From positions 1 to 55,385 of IMG/VR virus record IMGVR_UViG_3300046804_004030: a stretch of DNA of 55,385 bases, one strand, 5' to 3'. The position numbers and the translations under genes are program-made. Source of the stretch: a virus (lineage: Duplodnaviria; Caudoviricetes). The notes beneath the pieces were generated by a model. The model was not told where the DNA came from and did no database searches. It was given only the letters and a program-made list of their open reading frames with translations. This document shows, one piece after another, positions 8,960-17,459 of this stretch (position 1 is its first letter; each line of letters opens with the position of its first letter).

Positions 8960-9658
8960 TCAATCGGTCAGCGAGTCGCTCAGATGCACAGTCTGACCGT
9001 TGATGTAAGCGTAACGACCCGACGCTTCAGCCAGTGCACCCAACAGGGTGATGTTGGCTTGCTGTTCATTCTGAAGACATTTCCAAGACTTTAACTTCTC
9101 GCCAATGGCGGCAATGGTTGGATTGCCCATGGCCTGCAGGATACGGAGCAATGGGAGTCCCTCGCCAGCGGCCATGCTCGGCACCCTGCCCTCCATGCCG
9201 TGGATGAGGCGCAGCATGAACTGAGCAGAGGGGCGACCGCCTGCCTGAGGCGTGGGGATCGGCTGCGACAGCCGGTCTAGGTCGTTTGGGCAGGCTGCCA
9301 GTGACCACGGGAGGGGTGGCAGGGTGACGGTCACGCCGTCAACCGTACGGCGGCGCACCTTCCTCTCGCGGGGGGCACTGACAGGCAGGCTGAAGCCGAT
9401 ACGCTCAGCCGCTGCGACGACAGCCGGCGACCATTCCAGCGCCACACGGGAGGGTCCAGAGACGACCTTGCCGCCACCCTTGCCACTGGCTGGAATGGTT
9501 TGGTAGTCCATGTCTGCGAAGGGGTCGCCTTCAAGGTCTGAGGGGTCAGCCTGAGGGGTCTGCGCCACGATCGGCGGCTGCTCGGCCGCCTGCTCGGCCG
9601 CCTTGATGATCCGCACCGGACCGGCGGGGGTGGATTGGGAACGCTTGCGAGTTGCCAT
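8960..9658 (-). CDS. hypothetical protein with low-complexity N-terminus
   Basis: 232-aa ORF with CCAACC leader, own promoter-like sequence and terminator. Confidence 0.7.
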   Translation of the reverse strand: MATRKRSQSTPAGPVRIIKAAEQAAEQPPIVAQTPQADPSDLEGDPFADMDYQTIPASGKGGGKVVSGPSRVALEWSPAVVAAAERIGFSLPVSAPRERKVRRRTVDGVTVTLPPLPWSLAACPNDLDRLSQPIPTPQAGGRPSAQFMLRLIHGMEGRVPSMAAGEGLPLLRILQAMGNPTIAAIGEKLKSWKCLQNEQQANITLLGALAEASGRYAYINGQTVHLSDSLTD

Positions 9659-9717
9659 GGTTGGAACTTGTAAAGGGAACGCCGGGGGGAGCCTATGGCT
9701 CCGCCACCGGTTCGCAC

Positions 9718-9745
9718 ACTATACAACCAAACCAGCAGGATGCAA
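9718..9745 (-). promoter_or_regulatory. putative sigma70 promoter
   Basis: Minus strand TTGCAT-N16-TATAGT upstream of 8960..9658. Confidence 0.45.
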
Positions 9746-10162
9746 CGGTCCAAGCGCCCAATACTTTATAGATTCTGCGATCAGTGAACCTATCACCTCA
9801 CCTTAGGCGCAGCCAGTATCGGCAGCGAAGCGGAAACTGTAACTTACCTGCCAGGCAGTAAAGTTAAGCTATCTCCACTGTAGGTTACGCTCGATTGTAA
9901 CTGTAACCTCGCGCAGTGTCACCGCGTTACAGTTACGCTAGCCTGTCAGACTTTATAGGTTAGCCTCTCACCTTAGCCTGTAACGTTGCCGTTGTTAGTT
10001 GTAGTTGTTAGCTTAGGATTGCGGCTCGGATAGTGACACCAACACTTCGCACCTTAGTCTGTAAGTTACCGTGCCAGTCTGGCAGGTTAGCTTGCGTCGC
10101 AAGTTACCTATAGTTTAGTTTAGTTTGCATGTTGCTCGACTTAATTAAGTCCCCAGGATAGG

Positions 10163-10547
10163 TAACATTTAAGATACTTAGCAAGATGCCGCATGTTAGT
10201 TAATCTTACAACTTAGCTAACATTTAAGATGGCAGCTCAGATGTTGCATGTTAGTTAATTCGACAAGTCAGCTAACATTTAAGATATCCAGGAGATCACC
10301 GCTATTTAGTTAATCTGACAAGTTACCTAACATTTAAGATACTGGGCTAATCGTTGCATGTTAGTTAATCTGACAGATTAGGTAGCATTTAAGATTCCCA
10401 GGGAATCGCTGTTAGTTAGTTAATGTGTCAAGTTAGCTAGTGTTTAAGATAGTTAGCTAATCGTTGTATGTTAGTTAATCCTGCAAGTTAATTAGCTATT
10501 AAGATAGTTAGTGAGTCCTTGTTAGTTAGTTAATCGAGCAACTTAGT
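10163..10547. repeat. 7 tandem 55-bp units with invariant TTAAGAT and TTAGTTAAT boxes
   Basis: Unit starts at 10163, 10218, 10273, 10328, 10383, 10438, 10493; exact 55-bp period with no indels. Confidence 0.95.
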
Positions 10548-10611
10548 TAGTGTTCCTGGGCTGGTTAGTTGGCTACTAGCTTGGTTAGCTAACGGTGCTA
10601 GTTAGTTAGCG

Positions 10612-10835
10612 TGAATGCCAGTTAGTCAATGATGAATGTTAGTTAATGATGAATGCAACTTAGTCAGTAGATGAATGGCCTTAGTCAGTGAATGAATGCA
10701 GTTGGTCATGAATGGCAGTTAGTCAGCATGAATGGCGTTTTAGTAAGTGAATGGCTTTTGTAGGTGAATGGCCATTCAAGCAGTTATGAATGGCCTTTGT
10801 TAGTTAGCTATGAATGGCAGTTACTCATGAATGGC
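10612..10835. repeat. about 12 TGAATG(GC) repeats at 16-24 bp spacing, iteron-like
   Basis: TGAATG at 10612, 10633, 10650, 10672, 10693, 10709, 10729, 10748, 10765, 10787, 10811, 10828; many followed by TTAGTCA/TTAGTTA. Confidence 0.9.
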
Positions 10836-11312
10836 AGTCTCGTCCCTGCGGTTCCTATGTAAGTCAAGGTGAATGCAGTTATCAACTGGCTTCTTTTTGT
10901 TTTCTCTGTGAAGCTGCACAGCCTCATCGAAGCACTTAACCAGGAACCCTCGTTTCTTACCAGAGCCACACACCAGGAAGTTAGGGTTAATGATGTGATA
11001 CTTATCTCTTGTTCTGTAGTCAATGAATGGCAGCATTAGTTCTTCCTCCTTGAGGCGTTTAAGTGACAGAACAACGTGATTAGCTTTCTTTTCAATCAAG
11101 TCAGCAACAGCGGCACAGGTAGCTCTGCATCTACCACTGCGCCAGTCAGTCAATGAAATGAACGCAAGTAAGACAGTAATGTCACGATGTTGAATAGCAC
11201 CAGAAGCTGCCAAGTTAACCAACCTAGAAAGCTCAGCAGCGCCAATACGAAAGAAGTTACTTGAGTCATCTTCAAAGCTTTGTTCGTTAGCAGGTGGTGG
11301 ATTGTCAGTCAC
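10821..11312 (-). CDS. winged-HTH protein, RepL-like replication initiator candidate
   Basis: TVLLAFI, TCAAVADLIEKKANHVVLSLKRLKE (HTH), YHIINPNF..CG as in RepL-type proteins. Confidence 0.5.
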   Translation of the reverse strand: MTDNPPPANEQSFEDDSSNFFRIGAAELSRLVNLAASGAIQHRDITVLLAFISLTDWRSGRCRATCAAVADLIEKKANHVVLSLKRLKEEELMLPFIDYRTRDKYHIINPNFLVCGSGKKRGFLVKCFDEAVQLHRENKKKPVDNCIHLDLHRNRRDETAIHE

Positions 11313-11602
11313 CTGGAAGGCCTCCTCAGGTAGGGTGGATTGTTAAGGAACACAACAGCCCAGTCATACCAATGAGTCTCATAGTGCTCATGGGTGAGAC
11401 TGAGTCAATGTAGCCCCTGCTCAGCCTAGTGAGTCACTCAACGTTTTACGCGCCACTCTTATTCTCTTAAATAGTTAACAGACAAACGGCCTGGGGGCCT
11501 CCTTAACGGTGGTCGGGCTGACCTTTCTCAGATTGGTCGTGCAGTCAGTGGGTCAGGGAAGTAGCGAAACGCCTGACCCAGTTACCTATAAACTCTGGCG
11601 CC

Positions 11603-12427
11603 TTAATCAACTTCGGCTTCTTCGATAGCCGCTAGCAGCTGATCCACACCGAGAGCATTGCCCTGTAAGTTTTTACCGACCTCAGCTAGCTTTGCGGCAG
11701 AATTAAGTAGCGAAGGCAAGTCTCTGGTGTCTAGGTCCTGGTCACTATCCAGCATGTTAGTTAGCTTGCGGTTTGCCAAGTAGGCAATACGTGCAGCACT
11801 TAAGCTAAGCTGCTGACCTATCGTTTCCTGTTGCTCACGGTACTCCTCTAGCTTCCTAAGATGGAGCTTATGACGCTCTCCCTCCACCTCAGCCATCCGC
11901 TTGCTAAGCTGGTACCTGTCGAAGTCAGCCGCTCTCTGTAACCAGTTGTTACGTGTTGCGATCTTACGAACCTTATCTAATCCTAAATTTGTAATCTGCG
12001 ATACATATGTTAGTGTACGCCCCCCTCCACACCTAACAAAACAACTGAACAATTCAAATTCTTTGTCAGTCTCAGTTGGTGCAAGGACACTATTTTTAAG
12101 CCAAGTAGCATTAAGGTTAGGGGACCTGTCGGTCTGGTTGGTTAGGTTTTGAGGTTCCGAGAAGGTGTTGCTTTGGTTAACGGCATTTTCTACATAGCTG
12201 GAGGTACTAGTCAGTGAGTGGGTGGGTTCCTGGGGGTCTTGGTCAACTTCTGTAAACTCCTCTTCTACATACTCAATAGTGTCCTCAAGGTTAGTATCCT
12301 CATCATCTTCATACTCACCGAACTCATTTACCTTTCTAAGCCTGCCATCGGCGAACTTGGTGGCGTCCTTTTCAATACGTTCGGCGGAATCCAGTAAGTC
12401 TTCAAAGTCAAAATCTGAAGCCGGCAC
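11603..12427 (-). CDS. terminase small subunit-like HTH protein
   Basis: ETDKEFELF...GGGRTL..VS...VRKIATRNNWLQRAADFD followed by coiled coil, a pattern seen in phage TerS-like proteins; acidic N-terminus. Confidence 0.5.
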   Translation of the reverse strand: MPASDFDFEDLLDSAERIEKDATKFADGRLRKVNEFGEYEDDEDTNLEDTIEYVEEEFTEVDQDPQEPTHSLTSTSSYVENAVNQSNTFSEPQNLTNQTDRSPNLNATWLKNSVLAPTETDKEFELFSCFVRCGGGRTLTYVSQITNLGLDKVRKIATRNNWLQRAADFDRYQLSKRMAEVEGERHKLHLRKLEEYREQQETIGQQLSLSAARIAYLANRKLTNMLDSDQDLDTRDLPSLLNSAAKLAEVGKNLQGNALGVDQLLAAIEEAEVD

Positions 12428-12488
12428 GGTTTGTTAGCGATGGCCTCAGTATTCTATCGGCTCAGTTAGCTAAACGTCAATGGATACT

Positions 12489-12522
12489 AAAAAACCCGGC
12501 GCGGTTTGTGGACCGGCCGGGT
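12489..12522 (-). terminator. intrinsic terminator ending the small-gene operon
   Basis: ACCCGGC...GCCGGGT hairpin with T-tract on the minus strand. Confidence 0.8.
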
Positions 12523-12558
12523 CAGTTATTTATTGAAACTCAACAAATAAATCTAAAG

Positions 12559-12822
12559 TTACGCAGACTGCACAGCAGCTAAGTCGTCTTTCAAGATAAG
12601 GCGAAGTGCAGTATCAATGTGACTATCATTAAGATACTTATGTAGGTCTTTAACGAAACCTTCTGGCAGATACTTACGGGAAGCATGAAATACATCCCAG
12701 CGCCAGCGTTCCTTGCTAAGCCCATTGTCAACATAGGCTTGCAGTGTTGAGTCAGGATGAGCTTCCTTAACTTTGGCAATGGCGTCAGTCAGTGCCACGA
12801 GATGTTCGGACTTGATCTTCAT
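12559..12822 (-). CDS. hypothetical protein
   Basis: RWRWDVF...YLNDSHIDTALR; coding-like. Confidence 0.7.
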   Translation of the reverse strand: MKIKSEHLVALTDAIAKVKEAHPDSTLQAYVDNGLSKERWRWDVFHASRKYLPEGFVKDLHKYLNDSHIDTALRLILKDDLAAVQSA

Positions 12823-12994
12823 TGTTAGTAAATGAGCTTGGTTGGTTTGCGCCTATGCTTAGGCTTAGTCTTTTTGACTACTTTGTAGCATAATCCCTTA
12901 CCTGGAATGTCAGCTACAGTAACCTTACGGTCACTACTTAACCGGCTCTCAATGGAGTCAAGTTCATCCAAGTTTCGGATGGGTCTCCAATTAG

Positions 12995-13219
12995 TCATTG
13001 CTCCTCCTTAACAGTAAAGAACACCTTGCCATTTAGTGTGACGCCATCACGCCAAGTCAAGTAAATACAACTGTTATTAAGCAAGCACTTAATAAAGTAT
13101 TGACCGATGTTATCTTTGACAACTTGGTAAGCCAACGTATCGGCATACACTGCCTTTCCTTCGTCAACAGCTTGGCGAATAGCGTTGGCTTCGCTTGGCA
13201 AGTAAATGTAGTCGTTCAC
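12995..13219 (-). CDS. hypothetical protein
   Basis: GTGA overlap with upstream gene. Confidence 0.6.
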   Translation of the reverse strand: MNDYIYLPSEANAIRQAVDEGKAVYADTLAYQVVKDNIGQYFIKCLLNNSCIYLTWRDGVTLNGKVFFTVKEEQ

Positions 13220-13704
13220 TTGGTAAACTCCCTCAGTTGGCTTTTGATGTCAGCTACCTTGGCTTCCAGCTCACTTAGCTCAGTCATCTTCTGAACCACC
13301 TCCTCCAACGTGTAGTCAGTGCGGAAGTTGGCCAAGTCAGGCAAGCCAGTGATCGACGTGCCATCACAGTTACCATCCAGCCGGCACACGGTAAACTCCT
13401 GCTTTACATAGTCAACACTATACTCACTCAACCTGTAAGTGGTATCTACCGTTGCATACACACTGTAAGCTGAGTAGTTAAATACAATCCTGAACTCAGT
13501 ATCTAATCCCTCTCGGCTAATCAGTGGATCAATAACAGCAGCTACCTGCTTCGTCCATTGCCTGTAAGGCGTGACTTTAATCACCTTCTTGCCCACGAAG
13601 GGCTGAAGCAACTTAGCGAACTCAGCTTGAAGTTCGTTAGCCTTAGCATTAACTTTGTTGCGGGTGTCAACTTTGCGTTGCAGTCGGTCAGTGTCGATGT
13701 TCAT
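13216..13704 (-). CDS. hypothetical protein
   Basis: 162 aa, CCAACC-rich leader. Confidence 0.7.
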   Translation of the reverse strand: MNIDTDRLQRKVDTRNKVNAKANELQAEFAKLLQPFVGKKVIKVTPYRQWTKQVAAVIDPLISREGLDTEFRIVFNYSAYSVYATVDTTYRLSEYSVDYVKQEFTVCRLDGNCDGTSITGLPDLANFRTDYTLEEVVQKMTELSELEAKVADIKSQLREFTK

Positions 13705-13734
13705 GTCAGTTAGTCAGTTGGTTGGGTTAGTTGG

Positions 13735-13911
13735 TCAGACCGCGAGGCGCATGAACTTACGCTTAAGCGAAGTCAGCTTGACACGCAGTTTGGCGTGACG
13801 CTTGAAGCAATTAGTCAAAACGACATGGTTATCGGTCAACTCAGTTACGCGCCACCGAACACCAGTAGAATCTTGCCAAACAGTGCTAAGCAGGGAATTG
13901 TCAGTTTGCAT
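13735..13911 (-). CDS. small hypothetical protein (58 aa, not in ORF track)
   Basis: Read by hand: MQTDNSLLSTVWQDSTGVRWRV...RLAV; fills the gap between neighbours. Confidence 0.55.
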   Translation of the reverse strand: MQTDNSLLSTVWQDSTGVRWRVTELTDNHVVLTNCFKRHAKLRVKLTSLKRKFMRLAV

Positions 13912-13938
13912 TGGTAATCACCTAGTTGGTTAAGTTGG

Positions 13939-14199
13939 TCAGAAGCGAATAGCAGTCTTTATGCCTTGCTCAACGTAGCGATCAAGCTCCGCGAACAAGT
14001 CCTCCTTAGCAGCGGTTACTGTCGGATAATACTTAGGTGCCTGCCGCCTGAACTCACTGAAGAAGTGAGCGTAGCTAAAGCGGTCGCCTAGAGTGCTATA
14101 AAGCACTGCCGCCAACTTAGTGTCAGAGCCGTCATCCATAAAGACGTGCTCAACATAGCCAGCAGCTTCTGCGACACGTTGAGTGGTGAACTTGGTCAT
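13939..14199 (-). CDS. hypothetical protein
   Basis: Start taken at MTKFTT. Confidence 0.6.
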   Translation of the reverse strand: MTKFTTQRVAEAAGYVEHVFMDDGSDTKLAAVLYSTLGDRFSYAHFFSEFRRQAPKYYPTVTAAKEDLFAELDRYVEQGIKTAIRF

Positions 14200-14331
14200 C
14201 TTCGTTGTCCCTTGGGTAGTAATCACGGTCGGTGAAGTAAGCGTTCGATACTTCGTCAGCCATACAGTCAGAATCCAGCCAAGGAAACAAAGCGGTTTCC
14301 TGAGCCAGCTGTTCACAGTCAATGCTCATGA

Positions 14332-14628
14332 TTAAAAAGTTTGCACGATCAAGTTAAGTTCGTCCTTCAGTCGGTCAAGATCACTGTTAAGAACAAAGCC
14401 GCCTTCTTCCTCAGCATGGCAGAGGATGCTACGAAGTTGGCGAATGTCATCTTCGCTAGTCATCGTGATGTTAATAGTGATTGAGACCTGAGACTTAAAA
14501 GTGATTGCCATTGGTTTGTAAGTTAAGGATTTAGTGAGCCAACACGGAAGGGAATTTTGCTTAATAGTCAGTCGATGCTCGTCATCAAAGATGGATGGAG
14601 CATTAGTCCCAAGGAAAACGTCGGTCAT
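14332..14628 (-). CDS. hypothetical protein; N-terminus duplicated in 15961..16275
   Basis: MTDVFLGTNAPSIFDDEHRLTIK; alternative start at MAITFKSQ. Confidence 0.5.
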   Translation of the reverse strand: MTDVFLGTNAPSIFDDEHRLTIKQNSLPCWLTKSLTYKPMAITFKSQVSITINITMTSEDDIRQLRSILCHAEEEGGFVLNSDLDRLKDELNLIVQTF

Positions 14629-14647
14629 ACGGAAACGTAGATAGTCT

Positions 14648-14854
14648 TCATTGGTTGGTTGGTGAAGGCGATTGGCTAGCAGGTTGGGCAACGTACACAG
14701 TCGGCGACCACACTCGGTCAGCCTGGACAGCATTGTTATCAGCTACCCACTGCTTGAACTCAGTGAGCACTGGCAGGTTACTGCAATCCTTGGGACACTT
14801 AACTTCCCCGCAGTACATCGAAGTACAACAGGTTGGGTAGGCACGAGTTTGCAT
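14648..14854 (-). CDS. small Cys-rich protein
   Basis: CCTSMYCGEVKCPKDC; CCAACC leader. Confidence 0.6.
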   Translation of the reverse strand: MQTRAYPTCCTSMYCGEVKCPKDCSNLPVLTEFKQWVADNNAVQADRVWSPTVYVAQPASQSPSPTNQ

Positions 14855-14882
14855 GGTTGGTCAGCGATGGGGTGACAGTCAG

Positions 14883-15107
14883 TCAGGCGTGAACGTAGTC
14901 TTGGTGGCCGATGCTGAAGCCATCAGCCATGTAGATACCAATGACCTCATCTTGGTCATCAATAATGCAGGCGTTGGGATAGAAGATCCACCAGCTACCG
15001 ATGTTGTTCATTCTGTCAACTGCCTGACGAAAGGTAGCGAAGTCACCTTCGCGAACATAGTCGTCAAGGAACTTGGCTACGCCGTCAGCAATGCGAGTTG
15101 CGGTCAT
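14883..15107 (-). CDS. hypothetical protein
   Basis: Codirectional ORF. Confidence 0.55.
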   Translation of the reverse strand: MTATRIADGVAKFLDDYVREGDFATFRQAVDRMNNIGSWWIFYPNACIIDDQDEVIGIYMADGFSIGHQDYVHA

Positions 15108-15180
15108 AACGTCGTCACCGCAGAAGAAGCATAAAGTGAACATGACTGATAAGTTAGTGAAAGTGATTGGTCAGCGCTGC

Positions 15181-15552
15181 TCAGCTAGCAAGCGGCAGCG
15201 GATTGTAATTCTCGTCAACGTCGTCAATCAACTCAAACGACGGACAGTGAGTCAACAGGAAAGTTTCTTGGTAGCCTGCGACAACGTAGTCGGCGTATCG
15301 CTTGATGAGTTCCATCGTTCGATGGTTGTCAAGCAAGTCAGGAAACTCACCGAGATTAAAGTAAGTTACTGATTCTTTCTCGCCCATGTAGTAAGCAACT
15401 CGCTTGAAGATCAGTGAGAGTCCGTCAACAAAGAACTCACAGTCATAGCGATAGTCATAACCATCACTCACAGTAAACGAGTCAGTGTAGTAACTGTTCG
15501 GCTCTGGGTTGCTGAACTGCGAGGAGTGACGCCAATTAAGGATGATTGCCAT
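15181..15552 (-). CDS. acidic hypothetical protein
   Basis: AACCAAC leader; D/E/Y-rich. Confidence 0.7.
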   Translation of the reverse strand: MAIILNWRHSSQFSNPEPNSYYTDSFTVSDGYDYRYDCEFFVDGLSLIFKRVAYYMGEKESVTYFNLGEFPDLLDNHRTMELIKRYADYVVAGYQETFLLTHCPSFELIDDVDENYNPLPLAS

Positions 15553-15586
15553 GTTGGTTAGGGGCGAAGTTTGTGAAGGTTGTTGG

Positions 15587-15925
15587 TCAGCTAAGCTTTG
15601 CTACTGTTGCTCCGTAGTAAGCCTGAGCGTGGTCAGCCGCACCGCTGTCAATAGATAGCAGCGCAATCGGCTTACTACACTCAATCGCCCAACTACCTGC
15701 ACCAGTCTCCTGAACAAAGTCATAAAAGCTCTGGAGCGAAGTGAACCGCATGGCAACACTGTCAGTTGGGAATGGACCCAACCTTACAGCTGCGTGACGC
15801 AAGTAAGCCGACTTCCTTTGCTTAGCTGCTGCATCCCTTAGCTTTTGTTTCTCAAGCTCAGCTTCTCGCTCAATCTCAGCTAATCGTTCCTTGCGCCAGT
15901 CATCATAAACAAAGTCAGTTGCCAT
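15587..15925 (-). CDS. hypothetical protein
   Basis: Flanked by 26-bp near-identical intergenic repeats. Confidence 0.7.
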   Translation of the reverse strand: MATDFVYDDWRKERLAEIEREAELEKQKLRDAAAKQRKSAYLRHAAVRLGPFPTDSVAMRFTSLQSFYDFVQETGAGSWAIECSKPIALLSIDSGAADHAQAYYGATVAKLS

Positions 15926-15960
15926 GTCAGTGGAAGAACGAAGTTCGTGAGGGTTGCTGG

Positions 15961-16275
15961 TCAGTTAGCTTGCTGACTCAGCCAGGTCGAAGCCGCAAAT
16001 AAACAGCGAACCACTGTCTTGTACTTACCTGTCCAGATAGGTTGCGGACGCTTGACCGCAGCCCAGTTACTGTTTAGTTCAGCTGGATCATACAGCTGGA
16101 TAAAGAACTTATCTTCCAGCTCAGTGTTGCGACCAACATAGCCAACAACTTCCTGCTTGTAGTTACGGATCTCGTAACTTGCAAAAGGTGCTGGCCAGTC
16201 AGACGGCTTAATAGTCAGTCGATGCTCGTCAGCAAAGACAGGTGGAACGTTGGTTCCGAAGGGAACGTTAGTCAT
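15961..16275 (-). CDS. hypothetical protein
   Basis: MTNVPFGTNVPPVFADEHRLTIK. Confidence 0.65.
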   Translation of the reverse strand: MTNVPFGTNVPPVFADEHRLTIKPSDWPAPFASYEIRNYKQEVVGYVGRNTELEDKFFIQLYDPAELNSNWAAVKRPQPIWTGKYKTVVRCLFAASTWLSQQAN

Positions 16276-16280
16276 GGCGA

Positions 16281-16622
16281 TCACTTAAAACAGTAAGCGA
16301 TGGAACCGTCAGGCTCATGAGTGAAAGAAGTAGTCAGCTTCACAAGCTGGTTACGCTGCTCAAGAAGCGAGTCAGTGTAGAGAAGATGGTTAGATGGCAG
16401 GAATCCATACCAAACTCGCCCGTCAGGCAGCTTGGAACTGGAAGCATTGCAAACAACCAGCCACTTGTTAATTACTGCGATCAGCTGCTTATCCTTGTCA
16501 AGCAGCTGGATAGTACGCTTAAGCGTACGGTAGTAACCGGTTGCCGTGCCGGTAGGATCAAACAGCGACTCAACGAACTCGCGATCGTTTGCAGCAAACT
16601 TAACACCGTTAATAGTAATCAT
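16281..16622 (-). CDS. hypothetical protein
   Basis: MITINGVKFAAND... Confidence 0.7.
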   Translation of the reverse strand: MITINGVKFAANDREFVESLFDPTGTATGYYRTLKRTIQLLDKDKQLIAVINKWLVVCNASSSKLPDGRVWYGFLPSNHLLYTDSLLEQRNQLVKLTTSFTHEPDGSIAYCFK

Positions 16623-16680
16623 TGAACCAGAAACGAAGTGAGTGAAGCGCCGGTTTAACGCCAACCGGCAACGCGCTTAG

Positions 16681-17055
16681 TCAACTGTTGATCTGTCCGT
16701 CAGCATTGATGCAGACATACATACCCTGCAACCAGCCAACAATGTTCCCGCTGGGAAGGTAGTAAGTCGTGCCAGCCACGTTGACAATCTTCTGTTCGTA
16801 GCTGAAGTTCTCAATCAACTTGCTGATCGGAGTGTTCTTCAGGCTGTCGTAAGTCAGCGTCCGCAGCGCCAACGTACGCCACTGCTGCTCAGTGACCATC
16901 CACGGATTGTTTGCTACGTTCCAGCCACCGGGACCAAAGTCCCAAGCATTGCCAGTCAGCTTGTAACCACCTTGATTACCAAGCTTGACGATCAGCTTGT
17001 AGGTAGCGTTGTCAGCGTGCTTGAGTTCCGTGTAGTCAGCGAAGACGGTTGCCAT
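16681..17055 (-). CDS. hypothetical protein
   Basis: Leader shares 21 bp with that of the upstream gene. Confidence 0.7.
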   Translation of the reverse strand: MATVFADYTELKHADNATYKLIVKLGNQGGYKLTGNAWDFGPGGWNVANNPWMVTEQQWRTLALRTLTYDSLKNTPISKLIENFSYEQKIVNVAGTTYYLPSGNIVGWLQGMYVCINADGQINS

Positions 17056-17096
17056 AGTCAGTGAACTCCGTTGGTTGTTGTGGATTGATCGGCAAG

Positions 17097-17459
17097 TCAG
17101 TCAACGCCAAGCAAGTCAGACCAGTCAGCGGCGTTCATCGGTCGGTCAGCTTGCCGAGGCTGACAGTTAGTCAGCCATTGGACGCGCATCAGTAAGTCTC
17201 CTTCATAGAAAACTACGTTGCCGGCACCGTGAATCACGGCAGGATCGTCAGTAACGCTCTCAATCAGTGGAGCGTGATACGAAGTCAGCCTCCGACGAAC
17301 TACGTTGCCGGCATCGGTACGGTACTCAATCTGTTGAGTGGTTTCACGCTGAGGCAACTCAGTCAGCCAGTAAGAACCGGCGAACTCAGTCATGTCGCCA
17401 ACATACAAAGTGTTGGCAATGCAGTGAAGGCTGCTGAAGTTACGGATGGAGGCTTGCAT
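17097..17459 (-). CDS. hypothetical protein, first gene after the 17.6-kb promoter
   Basis: MQASIRNF... Confidence 0.7.
   Translation of the reverse strand: MQASIRNFSSLHCIANTLYVGDMTEFAGSYWLTELPQRETTQQIEYRTDAGNVVRRRLTSYHAPLIESVTDDPAVIHGAGNVVFYEGDLLMRVQWLTNCQPRQADRPMNAADWSDLLGVD

Noticed and set aside
10163-10547. Canonical CRISPR array (a 36-nt GTTAG...ATTTAAGAT repeat with 19-nt spacers can be drawn)
   Set aside because: The spacers are too short and partly resemble each other (AATCGTTG recurs), the repeat centre varies, and there are no cas genes in the window. Kept as an unexplained array instead.
10612-10835. Eukaryotic (GAATG)n satellite contamination
   Set aside because: Copies are spaced by phage-type TTAGTCA words and run into a coding sequence; this is not a pentamer tandem array
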